DNA of 64,000 nt from the human T2T-CHM13v2.0 reference genome, Homo sapiens, in assembly GCF_009914755.1 (NCBI RefSeq), contig NC_060932.1; one strand, written 5' to 3'. Shown here one piece after another: positions 1 through 15,199 of this stretch. The number at the start of each line of letters is the position of its first letter. Within the stretch, counting starts at the first letter, position 1. Both the position numbers and the translations under genes were made by a program. The notes below the pieces were generated by a model. The model was not told the DNA's origin, did not search any database, and saw only the letters and a list, made by a program, of their open reading frames with translations.

Positions 1-24
1 TAAATATATATATCAATGCTATAA

Positions 25-100
25 TTTCCCCCATTAACAGATGAGGAAACTGAAGTCATGGAGAGATGAAATAGCTTGTCAAATATCCCACAGCTGTGTT
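25..100 (+). mobile_element. MIR fragment
   Basis: MIR core cccattaacagatgaggaaactgaag...cacagct. Confidence 0.7.
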
Positions 101-3100
101 GAATTCATCTCATTAACAAATCAGTTTTATTAATCACCTTAGAGGTTGCCTCTGGAATGAAATGATGAACAACGTGCATGAAGCAATTATTTTCATTACC
201 ATATCTGATGAAAATAATTGTTTAATTGTTTCTACTTGTTGAACAATTATTTATTGAGTACATAGTACATGCACCACTGCACAATGTACAGAAACTATAT
301 AGTGTACAAAATAGGCAAATGTTTGACTTCATAAAGTTTATGTTCTCGTGAGAATTCTGTAAGGATATTAATACTTGAAAGTGATCTTGTTTTAAGCTTT
401 TTTAGGGCTGGCACTATGTCTTTTGTCTCTGTATTCCTGACTTCCAGGTCAGTTCATGATAGATATTAGAGAGTACATGAATAAAGGAGAGAAAAAGTAA
501 TGAAATGCAACATACAATGTTCCTTTATTTTTGTTTTTTATTTGAAACTCTTTCCTGAAGAGTAACATACACTTATATAGAGAACATTTGGTATTGTAGA
601 AATTATGCAAAATATAATTATCACTACATTTTCAAGTTGTAAATAAAAATAAATATATTATTTGGGAATAGGAAATAGTTATGTTATTGAAAAGGGAAGA
701 AAATGTGGCACAACATTTCAAAGCTTTTATCTATAAAGTGCTTTATATGATGGGCAGTGGCTAATTAAGATTTTCAGATTAATGGGTAAATAAAACCTAT
801 CTTAGTCTCTTCTTTTTAGCTGAATTGGGATCACAATTATAGAGCACTAAAAGAGAAAAATCTAAGTTTCTCAAACCTCACATATAGGGCCAAGGACTTA
901 CAGAGGCATATATCTTTCAAATAGCACGTAAACTAGAAACTTCAGGGAAAAATGCATTGCAGTCATTTCATTTATTAAAATAAGAATAACAAATAATTTT
1001 TACTTTATTGGTTTATCTTCAGTATATGATACTTAGATATGTAGCCCTTGACCTAGTAGGAATCAAAATAGAGGTGGTTCCACTTCAAGAATTTGTAATA
1101 ATCCCTTCACTTTAACACATGAATGTGTTCAGTATTGGCAAAAGAACACGTTGCTACCAAAACTGAAACAAGATCCTTGAAACAGAAAGGATGTTGCCAT
1201 GGAAAAATGAAGTAACACTCAGTGCAGCTGTGATGCATTCATGAATAGGATATTTTTTTAAAAGATCATTTGTGTTTGGTGTGGCTCAGAGGGTCCCAAC
1301 CAGATGGTTTCCATGAACATGATCTGACCCCCAGCTTGAGGACTTCTTACTGGCAGATTACTTCATTTTCTTTCCCTTGGATTGTCAGATCCTTACATTA
1401 ATTCAGAATTTACTGCTGCAGATTTATATTCAGTAATATAAATCACTCAACATTTTACATTAAAACCACAATTTTATACATACAGTTTAACAGTTATTTT
1501 AAAAGTGTAAAAAGATTTATGTGATAGCTTTAGTATATATAATAGATAAAACATAATAATTTTGAGTAATTTTAATTATATGATTCTTATCATTAAAGGA
1601 ACTCTCACAACATATATTTTAGAAAGTTTATTTTAGAGTTGTTATGTATCTGATGCTACTATACTGTTGATTCTGTTTATGTTGCTCACATTGTTTACAC
1701 TTGATGAAATAATTGATTTTTAAATTAGTGAAATTAATGTTTTTGATTTTGGAAATTTTGGCATGATTTGAATTTTTTCCTAAGGATATGTATGCATGTG
1801 GTTGTGTATGGTAGCATACTAAACTAATTACCTCACAATATTGAAAGCATTTTTCAAGGTAGTATCAATACCTACATGAAGTGTTAAATACTGACACTTC
1901 ATATTTTGACCTTTTAACCTGAATTAATAAAGGCTATGCTCTTAATGTGCCATTTTAAATTGTGCAACTGAAAATTACTAATGAATTATGTTAAATATTT
2001 TAAAGCATAATTCTAAGTTACCTGAGACAATATAGACTTCTATTTCAGAATAAACTACATCATGATCTTAAATCAATAAACTACTTAACACACATGTACT
2101 TTATCTAATCTGCAGTATAAGATTTTAGAACTAAAATGAGCTCATGCTTCACAAACCAATGCGTTTATTTTTGCAAAATTTTACCTGTATTTTTCATCAC
2201 TGAATTCATCAGTTTGGCCATGCCCCAAAATGTGAAGCAAAGACAAACAGGTTTGTTTATTTATAGGTTGACAAATTATTTATCCTATCAAGGAATTCCA
2301 AACCTGTTAAATATAATCATGTTCTCACCAGAATAGTATATTAGGCCCAAGAGAAGAGATGTTGCTATTATCTTTTAAAAATGTAGTCTTTTTGCTAACA
2401 TAGTTTCTTTGAATATCCAAGAATGTATGAATTAAAAAAATTATTTTGTATCACACCTCCAGATAACATATTTTTATGTGAAATATTTTGTAGGAAATCA
2501 ACCAATCATAGTTTGTATTTTCTCAATAACTTAAGTATCGTAGGCTGTTGGAGCAATTTGATAATGAGATACACAGTATTACTTTATAAGCACCGCTAAG
2601 ACAAATAGACTTTACATTGCTTCTGAATTAAGAAGTCACGATGAATTCAGTTTTGGGGTTGGGCTTACTTTGTCTCCTTATCTTAACCTCTGAGGTCCTG
2701 GCAACTTAATGTAACTCTACTGGGGATAGGAGAACATTAAGATAATACATGAAATTACAATTTAGGTAATTTGAAGAATGAAAAAAGCAAGAAATAATGC
2801 TCTGATTTTTAAGTCTTCTGATTTTTCCTATTATGATGTATTTATGTATAATAAATCTGATACATGTATGTATACTTGAATCATTGTATATAAAAGTGAA
2901 AGTATGTGATATAAACATGTTCTTTAATGGTTGTCTAGTGTTATAAATTGAATGTTTTAAACAATGTTTTCTTATATTCTAGTCTGTAAAGTAAAAATGG
3001 AAGGACTAAATTCACGTAAAAATAGCCCTTTTTAAAAAAAGTAACAGCAATAAAATGCTAGGTAGTTCTAGGCCTTATCTGGTGTTAACAAAATTTTCTA

Positions 3101-3409
3101 ATAAACTGCAAAAGAAAGAGTGTTTTCTGATCTTCTTTTGCCAGCACACTTTCTAACTCAATCTTGTGTCTTGGAAAAGACTGTGGAAGGGCAGATCATC
3201 TCTTGTCACTAGGCATTTTGTATCAAGTTTATAACAAGAGTAAACAATACCTTTTCAAGTTTTTAAAATATTCATTAGTGAAAATAAGTCATAAAGACAT
3301 AAATATGGAACATTTACTTTTTTTGGTTGTTTATTCTGGCGAAGATGTTAGGTGTTTGAAGGCATATTTAGTCTAATCCGAATATTTTAATTCTGCTTTT
3401 CTTTTCTAG

Positions 3410-3644
3410 CTTGAAGTACAATCTTGTTGTGTGTTTATTCCAAATGATAGCCTGCCTTCCCCAAGTACAATTGTATCTGGTGACATTCCTGGAACAGTAA
3501 GAAGTTGGTACCATGGACAAACCAGCATGCCGGGAACACTTGTCCTCTGTTTGCCTCAAATAAAGATTATTAGTGCTGGGCACAAGTATATGGAACCTCT
3601 GCAGGAGATTCCATTTGTTATCCCACGACCCATCCTTGAAGAAG
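3410..3644 (+). CDS. VPS13B: VPS13B internal coding exon (235 bp, phase 0 to 1; probably exon 23)
   Basis: Acceptor ttcttttctag|CTT and donor GAAG|gtatat. Translates LEVQSCCVFIPNDSLPSPSTIVSGDIPGTVRSWYHGQTSMPGTLVLCLPQIKIISAGHKYMEPLQEIPFVIPRPILEE, recognised as VPS13B; the frame joins the next exon (G+GT=Gly). Confidence 0.97.
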
Positions 3645-4934
3645 GTATATGTTAACATTTTTTTCCTATGGTTAATGTTTTATATGGACATTTTTAGATT
3701 TGTTGGTGTTTTTAAATGTGTCAGTGTATAAGCAAATCAGTCTTCTCATTGAAAGATTTTTCCTGACCAAAGTAAGTGAACTAAGTGATGCCATTTATTG
3801 CCTTCCATACCTTTTAATCTTAGTCATATATTCACATATGTTATCTGTAAAAGATCATATGCAATATAATATAATCATTAAAATGTAAACATAGGAAAAA
3901 TTAACTTGGGAAGAAAATTGCTTTTGGATATTATCATTAGGCTGAACTAAGAATGATAAGTAGATTGATCTTAATTTAAGTTACTTGATTTATGAATGAA
4001 TGTATTTTAAATATATAAATAATTGCGTGAATATATTATTTAGCAAGCATAATGTATTTTTAGATTCCTCATTTGTTTATACAAAGTAATTATATGATGA
4101 TTAGAGTCATGATCCTTTCTCCAATATATATATACTTAATTTCTCATATTGCTGTGTTTTCAGTTATGAATTCATAACCTTTTGAACTTTGGCATATTCA
4201 TTTCAAACAAAATGTGAACCTGGAAAGATTTTGAGTCATAAAGTAATCTGAATATATATTATAATAACAAGGCTCAAATTTTTGACAGTGCTAAACAGGT
4301 CAACACCTTGTTCATATTATTATGGTGTAAGTGTATGAATCCTGATATCACTGAAATTTCTACATACTGTCACTGAAAAGCAGACATAGCCTGTGTAATT
4401 TTTGATCTCTACTTTGATGTTGATTTCTCTCTCCTTTTCTCTATACTGAAATTTCTATTGAAATCTACTTTTCTTATATTCATTAAAAGAAAACATGATT
4501 TCACTGAGAGACATTTTTGGTCCTTAATAACATGAATACTATTATCATACAATTATAGAATTTTAAGGTTAAAGGGAATGTTTTTAGAGTATATGGTCTT
4601 TTTGTGACTGGTTTCTTTCATTTAATATTTTTAAGATTGATTCATGTTGTAGCAGTCTTTGTTGTTTTTATGGCTGAATAGTATTCCATCTTATGGATAT
4701 ATCAAATTTTTTTGATTCATTCATCAGTTGATGGACAGTTGAAGTTGTTTTCACTTTTTGGCTTTTATGAGAAATCCTGGTATAAACATTCCTTTACAGG
4801 ATTTTTGTGTGGATTTGTTTTAATTTCTTTTAGCTATATGCCGAGGAGTAAAATTGTTGTGTCGTATAGTAACTATGTTTGAGCTTCTCAGGAATTGCCA
4901 GACTGTCATCCAAACTGTCTGCACCATTTTATAA

Positions 4935-5406
<472 letters not shown>

Positions 5407-5671
5407 AAATTAAAGTGTTTTTAAGAACTGTGTTGGTCAGGCAGAGAGTAAATAGATTGATTTAATACATCATTTAATATACTAAATACACATCTTAATA
5501 TTTATAAAACTGAAGCTTACATTATGAAACTGGTGTTTATTTTTACTATAAAAATAGTAAAAGTGGTGTGAAGTGGAATCTCATTGTGGTTTTGGTTTGC
5601 ATTTCCCTAATGACTAATAATGTTGAACTTATTTTCGTGCTGGTTGGCCATTTGTATATCTTCTTTAATAT

Positions 5672-5958
5672 TTTATTTCTTTTTATTTATTTATTTTTTT
5701 GGATCAGGTTTCATTCTTGCTGAGGCTGAAGTGCAGTGGTGCAATCACGGCTCACTGCCGCCTTGACCGCCGGAGCTCAATTGATCCTCCCACCTCCTGA
5801 GTAGCTGGGACTACAGGCACACACTACCATGCCTGTCTAATTTTTTAATTTTTGTAGAGGTGGGGTTTCACCATGTTTCACAGGTTGGTATCGAACTCCT
5901 GGGCTGCCTCAGCTTCCAAAAGCACTGGGATTATAGGTATTAGTCACCCTGCCCAACC
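5672..5958 (-). mobile_element. AluJ-like element with internal deletions
   Basis: T-rich tail, gtgcagtggtgcaatcacggctcactgc, aactcctgggct. Confidence 0.85.
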
Positions 5959-6289
5959 TAATATTTTCTTCTATTCAAATCTTTTGCCTACTTTTTAGTT
6001 GTATTTTTAGTAGAGTCAGGGTTTCACCATATTGGCCAGGCTGGTCTCGAACTCCTGACCTTGTGACTTCTTACAGTTGAGTTGTAAGAGTTCTTTATTA
6101 TATTCTAGATACTATACCCTTACACATGATTTGCAAGTATTTTCTCCTGTTCTATACATTGTCTTTTCACTTCCTTGATGGCTTTCTTTGTCATATAAAC
6201 ATTTGTAATATGAAATTTTTATAATATGAATATTTATATTATAAATTTATATAATATAAATTGATATTATAAATTTTGTAGTATAAACA

Positions 6290-6480
6290 TTTGGCAAGAC
6301 TTCATCTCTACAAAAAATTTAAAAATTACCCGGTTGTGGTGGCTTGAGCCTATAGTCCTAGCTCCATGGGAGGTTGAGGTGGGAGGATTGCTGGAGTCCA
6401 GGAGTTCCAGGATGCAGCAAGCTATGATCGCACCACTGCACTCCAGCCTAGGCAACAGAGCAAGACCCTGACTCTGTAAA
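6290..6480 (+). mobile_element. Alu right-arm fragment (FRAM/AluJ-like)
   Basis: gaggttgaggtgggaggattgct...ccactgcactccagcctaggcaacagagcaagacc. Confidence 0.85.
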
Positions 6481-6883
6481 TTAATTAACTAAGTATATAT
6501 AATACATGATATATAATATGTAATATATACTTTTTTTAATAATTATAAATTGTATAAATATATGTAAATATAAACATAATCTAAAAAGTTTTCCTGTGCT
6601 ATGTTGGAAATTATTTTCTCACTATTCTTTTTTTTAATATTAGAAATTAACACCATTTCCACAAAGTATGTTTTAGTTTTAGAAATATTAAGATGCATAT
6701 TTAATTTATTTAATGATGTAGTAAATCAGTCTATTTACTCTCCATCTGAACAATACAGTTCTTAAAACACTTTAATCCTTCTCTCCAGATTGAGGTTATT
6801 GTCATAAATTTTCTTTTATTTTTAAAACTTGATATCATTATTTTGTAATATAATTGCTTAGATTTGGCATATATAGAATAAGG

Positions 6884-7100
6884 CAGAGGTTGGAAAACTT
6901 TCTCAACAAAGTGCCAGATAGTAAATATTTTGTTTCATTAGCTATATGGTTTCTGTTTTCACTACCCAACCATGCTTTATAGTGCAGAGACAGCCATAGA
7001 CAATATGTCAATACATTGGTATGACTGTGTTCCAATAAAACTTTATTTACAGAATCTGGTGGTTGGCTGCATTTGGCCATGAGCCACATTTGCCTACCTA
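6884..7100. mobile_element. MER58A-like hAT-Charlie DNA transposon relic
   Basis: cagaggttggaaaact...ccagatagtaaatatttt...ccaataaaactttatttaca...tttggcc. Confidence 0.75.
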
Positions 7101-9125
7101 TATGCTAGTGCTTTAGTAGTCATTCCTTTTCACAGCTTAGCCCTTCCTTCTTTCTCAGTTCATTTACTTCTGCCTAAAGTACATCCTTTAGAAGCTGTTT
7201 TTGTGATGGCCTGATGTTAGCAAACTCTCAATTTTGTTTCTTTGCCTTTTTTTTTGAAAGATATTTTCTGGGTATATAAATCCTTGTTTATAGTTATTTT
7301 CTCCCAGCTCATTAAAGATACTGTTGTGCTGACTCTTGCTTTTCATTGGCCTTTTAGGAGGTACAATGTCATTTCATGTTTCCTTGGAAGTCGTTTGTCC
7401 TTTTCCTCTGGGTTCTTTAAGGATCTTCTCAGTCTTTGTGTTTTAAAGTTTTAATATTCGAATCTTATGAGTCCTGCAAGTTTTCTGGCATAATCTATTC
7501 AGATATTGCCTTTACTTTTTTTCTTTCCATACATATGTTGGACTTTTTTGATTTTTTACTGTATTTTCCATGTTGTTTCTTCACTCTTTGATATTTTTTC
7601 TCTTTGATTTGCTGACCTGCATTCCAGTTAATTTCTTTAATCTAGTTCATTAATTTTCTTTTCAATTGTGTCTAATATTTTGTTAAAGTTGTTCTTTGAA
7701 TTTTTCAATGTCAACTGTATGAAAGTCTAACATACAGAAAATGGTACAACGCTAAGTATACAACTGGATACATTTTTGTCAGATAAATCCATACATGTTA
7801 CTAGTACCTGAATAGAGATCAAGAATATTCCCAGTACTCAGAAGATCTTCTCTTGGAGGCAAATTGTGTTTAACATCTAAAACCGCAAATTAGTTTTCCT
7901 GTTTTTGAACTTCATAGCACTTATTGAATAGCACTTTTATTGAATTTAAAATTTTACATAGGATATTCTTTTTATCTTGATTCTATTTAAAACTCTTTAT
8001 TAATATTTTCAAGGCTTCCTTTTATCTCTTTCTGCATGAAACTTTTAACTTATGTGATTGCCTAATTCCTGCTGACTCTTGCCTACTATACCTAATATTC
8101 CTTGTTTATACTTTTCTTTTCTGTGCTACTTATTTTCCTTAGAAATTTCTCTGTAGAAATGTTTTGAAGCCTGGCCTGAAAGATTCCTCCTATACAGGCT
8201 TGAATTTACTTCCAACATGTTGGTGGCACTATGAGTTCAGAACCATTTGAAACTAAATTCTTGATAAAAGGTTTTTATGCCACTTAGATAATAAAAATTT
8301 AAGCTACAGCCTTGTGGTTGTGGGTTTTCCCCCCACCCATCTATTGAAGGTTTCATTTTCTGGCAGCGTTTGTGAGAGGATCATATAAAGAAGGGAAGAG
8401 CAGAAAACTTTATTTCTAGTTTACCTGTACATGAATATTCTAGCCATTTGCATGCCAGCTTTATCTTTTATTATTTTCTGCACTGTGAGTTAGCTTCAGG
8501 CTTTATCTTCAGTCAGACTTAACTTGACTTCAGTTCAGTGGTAAACACGGATGCTCAATTTTAACCAACTTTGAAGTGCCTCGGGCATTTACTTTGCATA
8601 CCTCTGTGTTTCTGGTTTCCCTCAGCCCCTGGCTTTAATTATCTTTACTCTTTTTGGAAATTCATTAATAAGTTTAAGAAGATATCATTTGGTGTGTGTG
8701 TGCATGCATGTGTATATGTGTAAAACATTATATAAATTTTATAGTATGTGTCACATATTGTTAAAATACAGTATAGTCATTTTTATTTTTTTAGGAGAGG
8801 GATCATTCAACATATTTATCGTGTTGCTGTAAATAGAATTCCTCAGTTATGTTTTTTAAAGATGATGTGACACTATTATACTCTGTCTTTTCAAATGATT
8901 TTATAAAAGGACCGATATATAGTGCCCATCATTCTTTATACCTTCAATACTCATTTAAAATCTCTCTTATTTCTACAAAACTCCTGCCAACATCTACTGC
9001 TTGTCTTTTTCATATTAAAAAATTATTTTATTTTCATCTTGTTTTTCAAATACATCAAGAATGACTTAGGAACTGCGGAAGTCTCCATCTTTAAAGCATA
9101 AGGTGCTATTATATTCTCAGGTGGT

Positions 9126-9132
9126 TTTATTT

Positions 9133-9167
<35 letters not shown>

Positions 9168-9169
9168 TT
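9126..9169. repeat. (TTTA)n microsatellite
   Basis: About 10 tandem TTTA units read directly. Confidence 0.9.
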
Positions 9170-10817
9170 GCAAGAACTGAGATGGCAACTTAATTTATTT
9201 TGAACTTAAAAAAAATCACATACCAGATGGAGAGGGCTTGAATCAAATTGAAATTTCCAGTCTATTTTTCATACTCCCTAAGAGAATATAGAGTGACTGC
9301 ATAATCAACATTGAAACATGAAGTAGAAACAACTTTTTAACCACATGGTTATTCTCATTGACCAAACCTACTCTGAGGAAAAGAGATTATTTCAAGATAT
9401 TTAAATTCTCTTTTGGTCTTAAAAAACTATAGAAATTAACTTCTTATGAATAACCAGAAATCTATCCCTTTTTCTGCATTTAAAATGGTGTTTATAAAAA
9501 TATTATAAGCCTTTGATGCATACGTGTTAAAAGTAATTTACTCTTTGTCTTTACACATGTACCCAGATAGAAAACTGATTTGGAGGTTTACTTACTCATT
9601 TCCAGTTTTCACACAGCCCTTCTGGTTTCAGTGTCATGCCTGTATTCTCTTTTTCAATCTTTCTTGAGTATTGGGACTGATGGCATGAATTAGACTGCTC
9701 TTTTATAGCTTCCTTCTCTGGTCCTCAGTCATTTGCTATTTACACACATTCCAGCTTTAAAAAATTTGTGATATATTTCATCTTCAGTCATTTCCTCTCT
9801 TGTTCTTATTAGTCCTTTTTGATTTATAATGCTTTTTCCATTTCATTGTCATTTTGTTGGTTTCAAAATGTAGATAACTTTCAATCATTTATGTTCAAGC
9901 AGATACAGGATGTCTGAATCCATTCCACCTCCTATTATACCCCTTTCCATTCTACTTCTCTGATACTATTGTTTTATGTTTAGCTCATTTTTGTTCAGTA
10001 AATGTTTCTTAGTAAGTATAGAGGATGGATTGGGGGTAATTGGATAAAGTAGGAAACCTGGAGTCAAGATTAGTTAAATATTCCAGATAGCCATTATAGC
10101 TTAGAAGAAATGATTGTCAGAACCAGGGCAGTGGTAATAGATACTGGGACAGAATAGAGAGAAATATTTAAAAGGTTGACAAAAACTGTCCAAACTTAAT
10201 GACTGGATTAGTTATGGATAGGGAAGGAGAGAAAAAAATCTGTAGAATAACTCCGTGGTTCTTAGCTTAGATGTCAATATACATTATTTACATAGTTAAT
10301 ATTATGGTTAGGAACAAAGAAAGAGGGCCAGTTTTTGGTGTGCATGGTGGGATGGATGAATTTAGTTTGGTCCATATGGTGAAGTATCCATGGGACATTT
10401 AAGTAAATAAATCTGATGAGCTGCTGCATATATGGATCTAGAGCTCTAAAGAGGGATCATAGAGACACAAAATGACCACAGGGAAAACATGAAAAAAGAT
10501 AGGATTATCCGAAGTCATTTATAGAGTGACAAATGAAGTGGGATCTGCATATAACAAGGCAGGGAACGTAATGTTATGGGATGAGAAAGGAAGGAATAAT
10601 TTGTGATGGAAGCTACCAATAGAAGGTCAGGTAAGTAAGGAAAACTGTGAGGAAAAACTGTGAGGCACTAGTCTTATGGCTTAAGACGTAAGATTGGATC
10701 ATGTATAAATGATTAGATCATTTATAAATGTAGCCAATAAGATAAGGACTAAAAACTATAAGGTTTCACAATTTTAGGTAACTGGTTTCTTTTATCACAG
10801 TATTTTCAGAAGAATGA

Positions 10818-11107
10818 TTTTTTTTTTTCTTTGAGATGGAGTCTCACACTGTCACCAGGCTGGAGTGAAGTGGCACGCTCACTAACTGCAACTTCTGCCT
10901 CTTGGGTTCAAGCAATTCTCCTGCCTCAGCCTCTTGAATAGCTGAGACTGTAGGTTCGTGCCACCATGCCCAGCTAATTTTTGTATTTTTAGTAGAGACG
11001 GGGTTTCATCATGTTGGCCAGGATGATCTTGATTTCTTGACCTCGTGATCCACCCCTCTTGGCCTCCCAAAGTGCTGGGATTACAGGCATAAGCCAACGT
11101 GCCCAGC
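10818..11107 (-). mobile_element. AluS (Sc-like) with TSD aagaatgatttt
   Basis: Full dimeric Alu; aagaatgatttt on both flanks. Confidence 0.93.
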
Positions 11108-11440
11108 AAGAATGATTTTAATGACAGTCAGTGATGGTGGCTTGAGAACTGAAAAGGAAATGAAGAACTAATTTAATAAATAATTTGTTTAAAAATATTA
11201 TTTGAGAAATGACAGGAGAAAAAGGATGGTTCCTGAATGTATATATACCTTGATATTGTTTGGGTGCAGGAAACAGAAACCAAGTCAGGATAACTAAAGC
11301 AAAAATGAAACTTAATGATTCATTGTCTATATTCTATTATAGAAAACAACTTTGACTTTTAGTTAAAATTTTAATATTACTCCCACCATCTGACTCTGGT
11401 GGTTATGAAGACCATATGTTCAATTAAAAATTTCTTTTCT

Positions 11441-11741
<301 letters not shown>

Positions 11742-12339
11742 TTATCTTTTTTTTACTTGTCCTCATAACCCCTGAGAAATTATTTTTCTCTATCTTTAGA
11801 ATTGCTTGTTTATCATTCTGGGATTCCAAATTTCTATTAAATTTGCAATTCTTTGAAACCAATTATTTAGATTCATGATGGAATAGACCAAAAAGAACAC
11901 ATTCGTATGTAACTAAGATTATATACTCAAACCTTTTATTTTTTATGGAAATATTTTGGTATATTGCATCTGTTAATATCTGACTTTATAAGCAGAAAAT
12001 ATGGTACAAAATTTAATAATTTAAAAAATTACTCAGGATTATCATTGTGAATGCAACCAGAATAATAAATGAGACCTCTTTATTTATACCTTCAAATTTT
12101 TTTAGTATACTGAGGAATGTAAAAATGACATAAATTTGATTCCAGTACACCTTGAAACATAATCTACAACTTTACAGGTAAGGGAGTTAGTTGGCACAGC
12201 ATTCTAAGGGTGTCTGTTTTTTTCTTTTAATTCCTAAAACCTAGGCTGATACTTCCTTCAACCATCTGTCCTCTCTATCCCACTCAATCCTCCAGCCTTT
12301 TTTTGTATTTCTTTATTTTCCTAAATTTCCCTTATTTGT

Positions 12340-13500
12340 CCCATTCATTCAACAAATACATATTGAGCACCTACCATGTGGCAGTCACATAGAGAATACA
12401 GATTTGAACAAGACAGATATGGTGCTTGCTTGTTGATATCTTACAAGCTATTGGGAAGAGTAGTGCAATAAATAGTCCTTGGTTGAATCTTATGTATTGC
12501 TGGCTATTGATATCTTTTCCTAGGGTAACTAAAGATTAAATGAGATATACATTACTTTGAACAGTGTCTGGTAAGTGCTCGGTAAAAACCATTATGGTTC
12601 TCAACATCCATGTAGGATTTCCAAATTCCATGGCCTGGTTTTCAATCTTTGCTGTTTCCCAGATACATTTTCTTTCCTTGGTCTCTTCTGCTGCCATGTT
12701 CCTGGAACCCTGTATGGAACTCTATCTCCGTAATAGGCTTATAACTCTTCACTTCCTTTAATTCACTTATAGAATCCACTCACAAAGAAGTATTAAAGAA
12801 TGAAGTAGAGTTTGCTGAAGATGTCCTACCATAGGGAAGAGGTGGTACTGGTGTACCCTGTATCAAACGGTGTTTAAAGTGGCTGTTAGTCTCTTAGACA
12901 TGTTTGTACAACACAGTGCTTATTTGGCCCTTTTCTCTTCCTCTTTAATCTCTTGACCAAAGTAATTTGAAATTCCTCTCCTTTTGTCATGCAGAGTAAT
13001 TTAGTTATTTTTGCGTGCAATCCTTTTGATGGCTTCCTTTCAGTCTTAGGGTACATTTAAAAGTCCTTAACATGACCAAGACCCCATACGAATTGGCCCT
13101 GCCCACCTCTCCAGTTGTATTTTCTGCTACACTCCCTGCTGCTTGCTTTGCCCACCTCCAGCCCTAGTAACCTTTCTGTGTTCTTGGAATAAGCACAGCG
13201 CTGTCCTATCACAGTGCCTTAGCATATGCTACAAACATGACTTCATCCTTCCCAATCTGTCCTCTAGGCATCTTTCTCCTTCTCCTCCTTCAGGCTTCAG
13301 GGCATTTCATTTATCAGGTCCCTCCAACTCTGTGCTGTCTTTGTACTCCAGTCATCACTTTTACAAACTTTATCCTAATTTTAACTATTTTTCTTCAGTA
13401 TCTGATTCCCCTACTAGGGTGAAAAGAGCAGGAGCCATACCTCTCTTGTTCGTTGCTGTATTACCATTATTTAGCACAACACATGCCACAAAAGGGGAGC
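12340..13500. mobile_element. L2 and MIR fragments
   Basis: cattcattcaacaaatacatattgagcacctaccatgtg (L2 3' end), aaagattaaatgagatata...gtgtctggtaagtgctc (MIR), L2-like text at ~13020-13500. Confidence 0.6.
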
Positions 13501-15199
13501 TCACTGTACATTCTCAGGCCACATGAAATTTTCAAGTTATTCATGGTAAATCGTGGTTGGTTACTCTAAGGGAGGAAGAACTTAAGAAATTAAAAAGTTA
13601 CCTTCTAACTTATCTTAAGATCCATAAACAATTGAAAAATAATTCCTGGTCTTTACGAAATGAAAAAAAGGGGGGAAAAAGCATTACATAGATGATTAAT
13701 AGGATGAACAAAAAGTTCTCTGTAGATTTGAGGCTCTGTCTATGCTGAACTTGGACTTCTAAAGTTCAAAATGAGGAACTGTTTGCTGAAATGTGTCATC
13801 TGATTTCAATTGCTGTGGAAAGGGAGAGATGATCTCTAATATAGCCAGCTCCAATCTGTGTAGGGTGTTTGGGTCAAAATCAACATCTTGAGTTTCATTA
13901 GGGAGCACTTGCAGTGAGCCTTGCAGATGTAATTTGCTACATCCAGCCAACACCTCTGAGCAGATGGATTTCTACACTGTGCCTAAGAGAGGTTTGTTTT
14001 TTCTTCTTTGAATGAGTTGCCTGTGACTTTTATAAAATATTTTGACAGAAATGGAATATTGAGATCATTTATAAATTAAAACTTTGCTGTTGTTGGATTT
14101 AGTGAGTTTTAATAGAAACTGATGTGAAAATTATTTAGCATCTATGAAAAACACAGGGGCTGCTTTTCTATGTAATTCTTGTTCACCTTAGTGGTTTATA
14201 TGTATTGTTCTATTTTAGGTTTTTTAAGTCATAGTTTTATAATCATAATTTCCACTTGTTCTGAAAGATGGTGATGTACTGTTACAATTATTTTCTTTCC
14301 AGTTTCACTTAGTGTGTTTGACTTTAATCCTCAAACCGTGTATGCAAATAGGATTCCTTGGGGAGAAAAGGAAGCTCAGAAACTAACTTCCAATTTGTTT
14401 TTGATGATGTTGTTTTTAAATAAATTTGTTGGGAACAATCGTGTATGTATTACTAGTAAAATTAAGCTGTTGCACTACCTAAATGTACTTAATATAATTG
14501 CTGTAGACATTATTCTTCTCTAAGTAGCTCACATTCAGCCTTCTTTATCATTTATTTAGTTAAGGGTTCTATAGCTTTTAAAGGCTGAAAAGGAAACTTA
14601 CCCTATTTATTCCTTGCTTATCAATTTTGCATTTCCCAATCTCCTCCCTCTCCCCACCACACTTATTTTAAAAACCAAACCAATATGGCAGCCCTAATAT
14701 GCTGTCATATTTTTCCTGATCACATTTTTAGACTATTTTTTTAAAGCAGTTTGAGTTTCATAGCAAAATTGAGAGGAGGAGACAGAAATAGTTCATATAT
14801 CCCCTGCTCCTAAACCTGCGCAGCCTCTCCAATTCAGTACATTTGTTATAACTGATGAACCTACAGGGATACGTAATTGTCACCCAAAATCTGCAGTTTA
14901 CTAGAGGACTCACTCTGGGTGTTTTGCATTCTGTGGACTTGGAGAAATATATAATGACATGTATCTGTCATCGTAGTATCATGCATAATATTTTTACTGC
15001 CCCCAAAACCTTCTGTGCTCAACATACTCATTTCTCAGCCCTTGCAAACACTGATATTTTCCCTGTCTCCATAGCTTTGCCTTTTTAAGAATGTCATATA
15101 ATTGGCATCAAACAGTATATAACTTTTTCATATGGGATTCTTTGACATAGTAATATGCATTTTTGCTTCTTCCATGTCTTTCCATGGCTTGATAGCTTT

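Noticed and set aside
3368-3658. Minus-strand ORFs over exons (also 42657-42872)
   Set aside because: Antisense shadows of coding exons.
10641-10666. aaaactgtgagg repeated twice
   Set aside because: Simple slippage duplication; not an array.
13143-13526. 127-aa ORF
   Set aside because: Lies in L2-like sequence; no recognisable protein or splice context.
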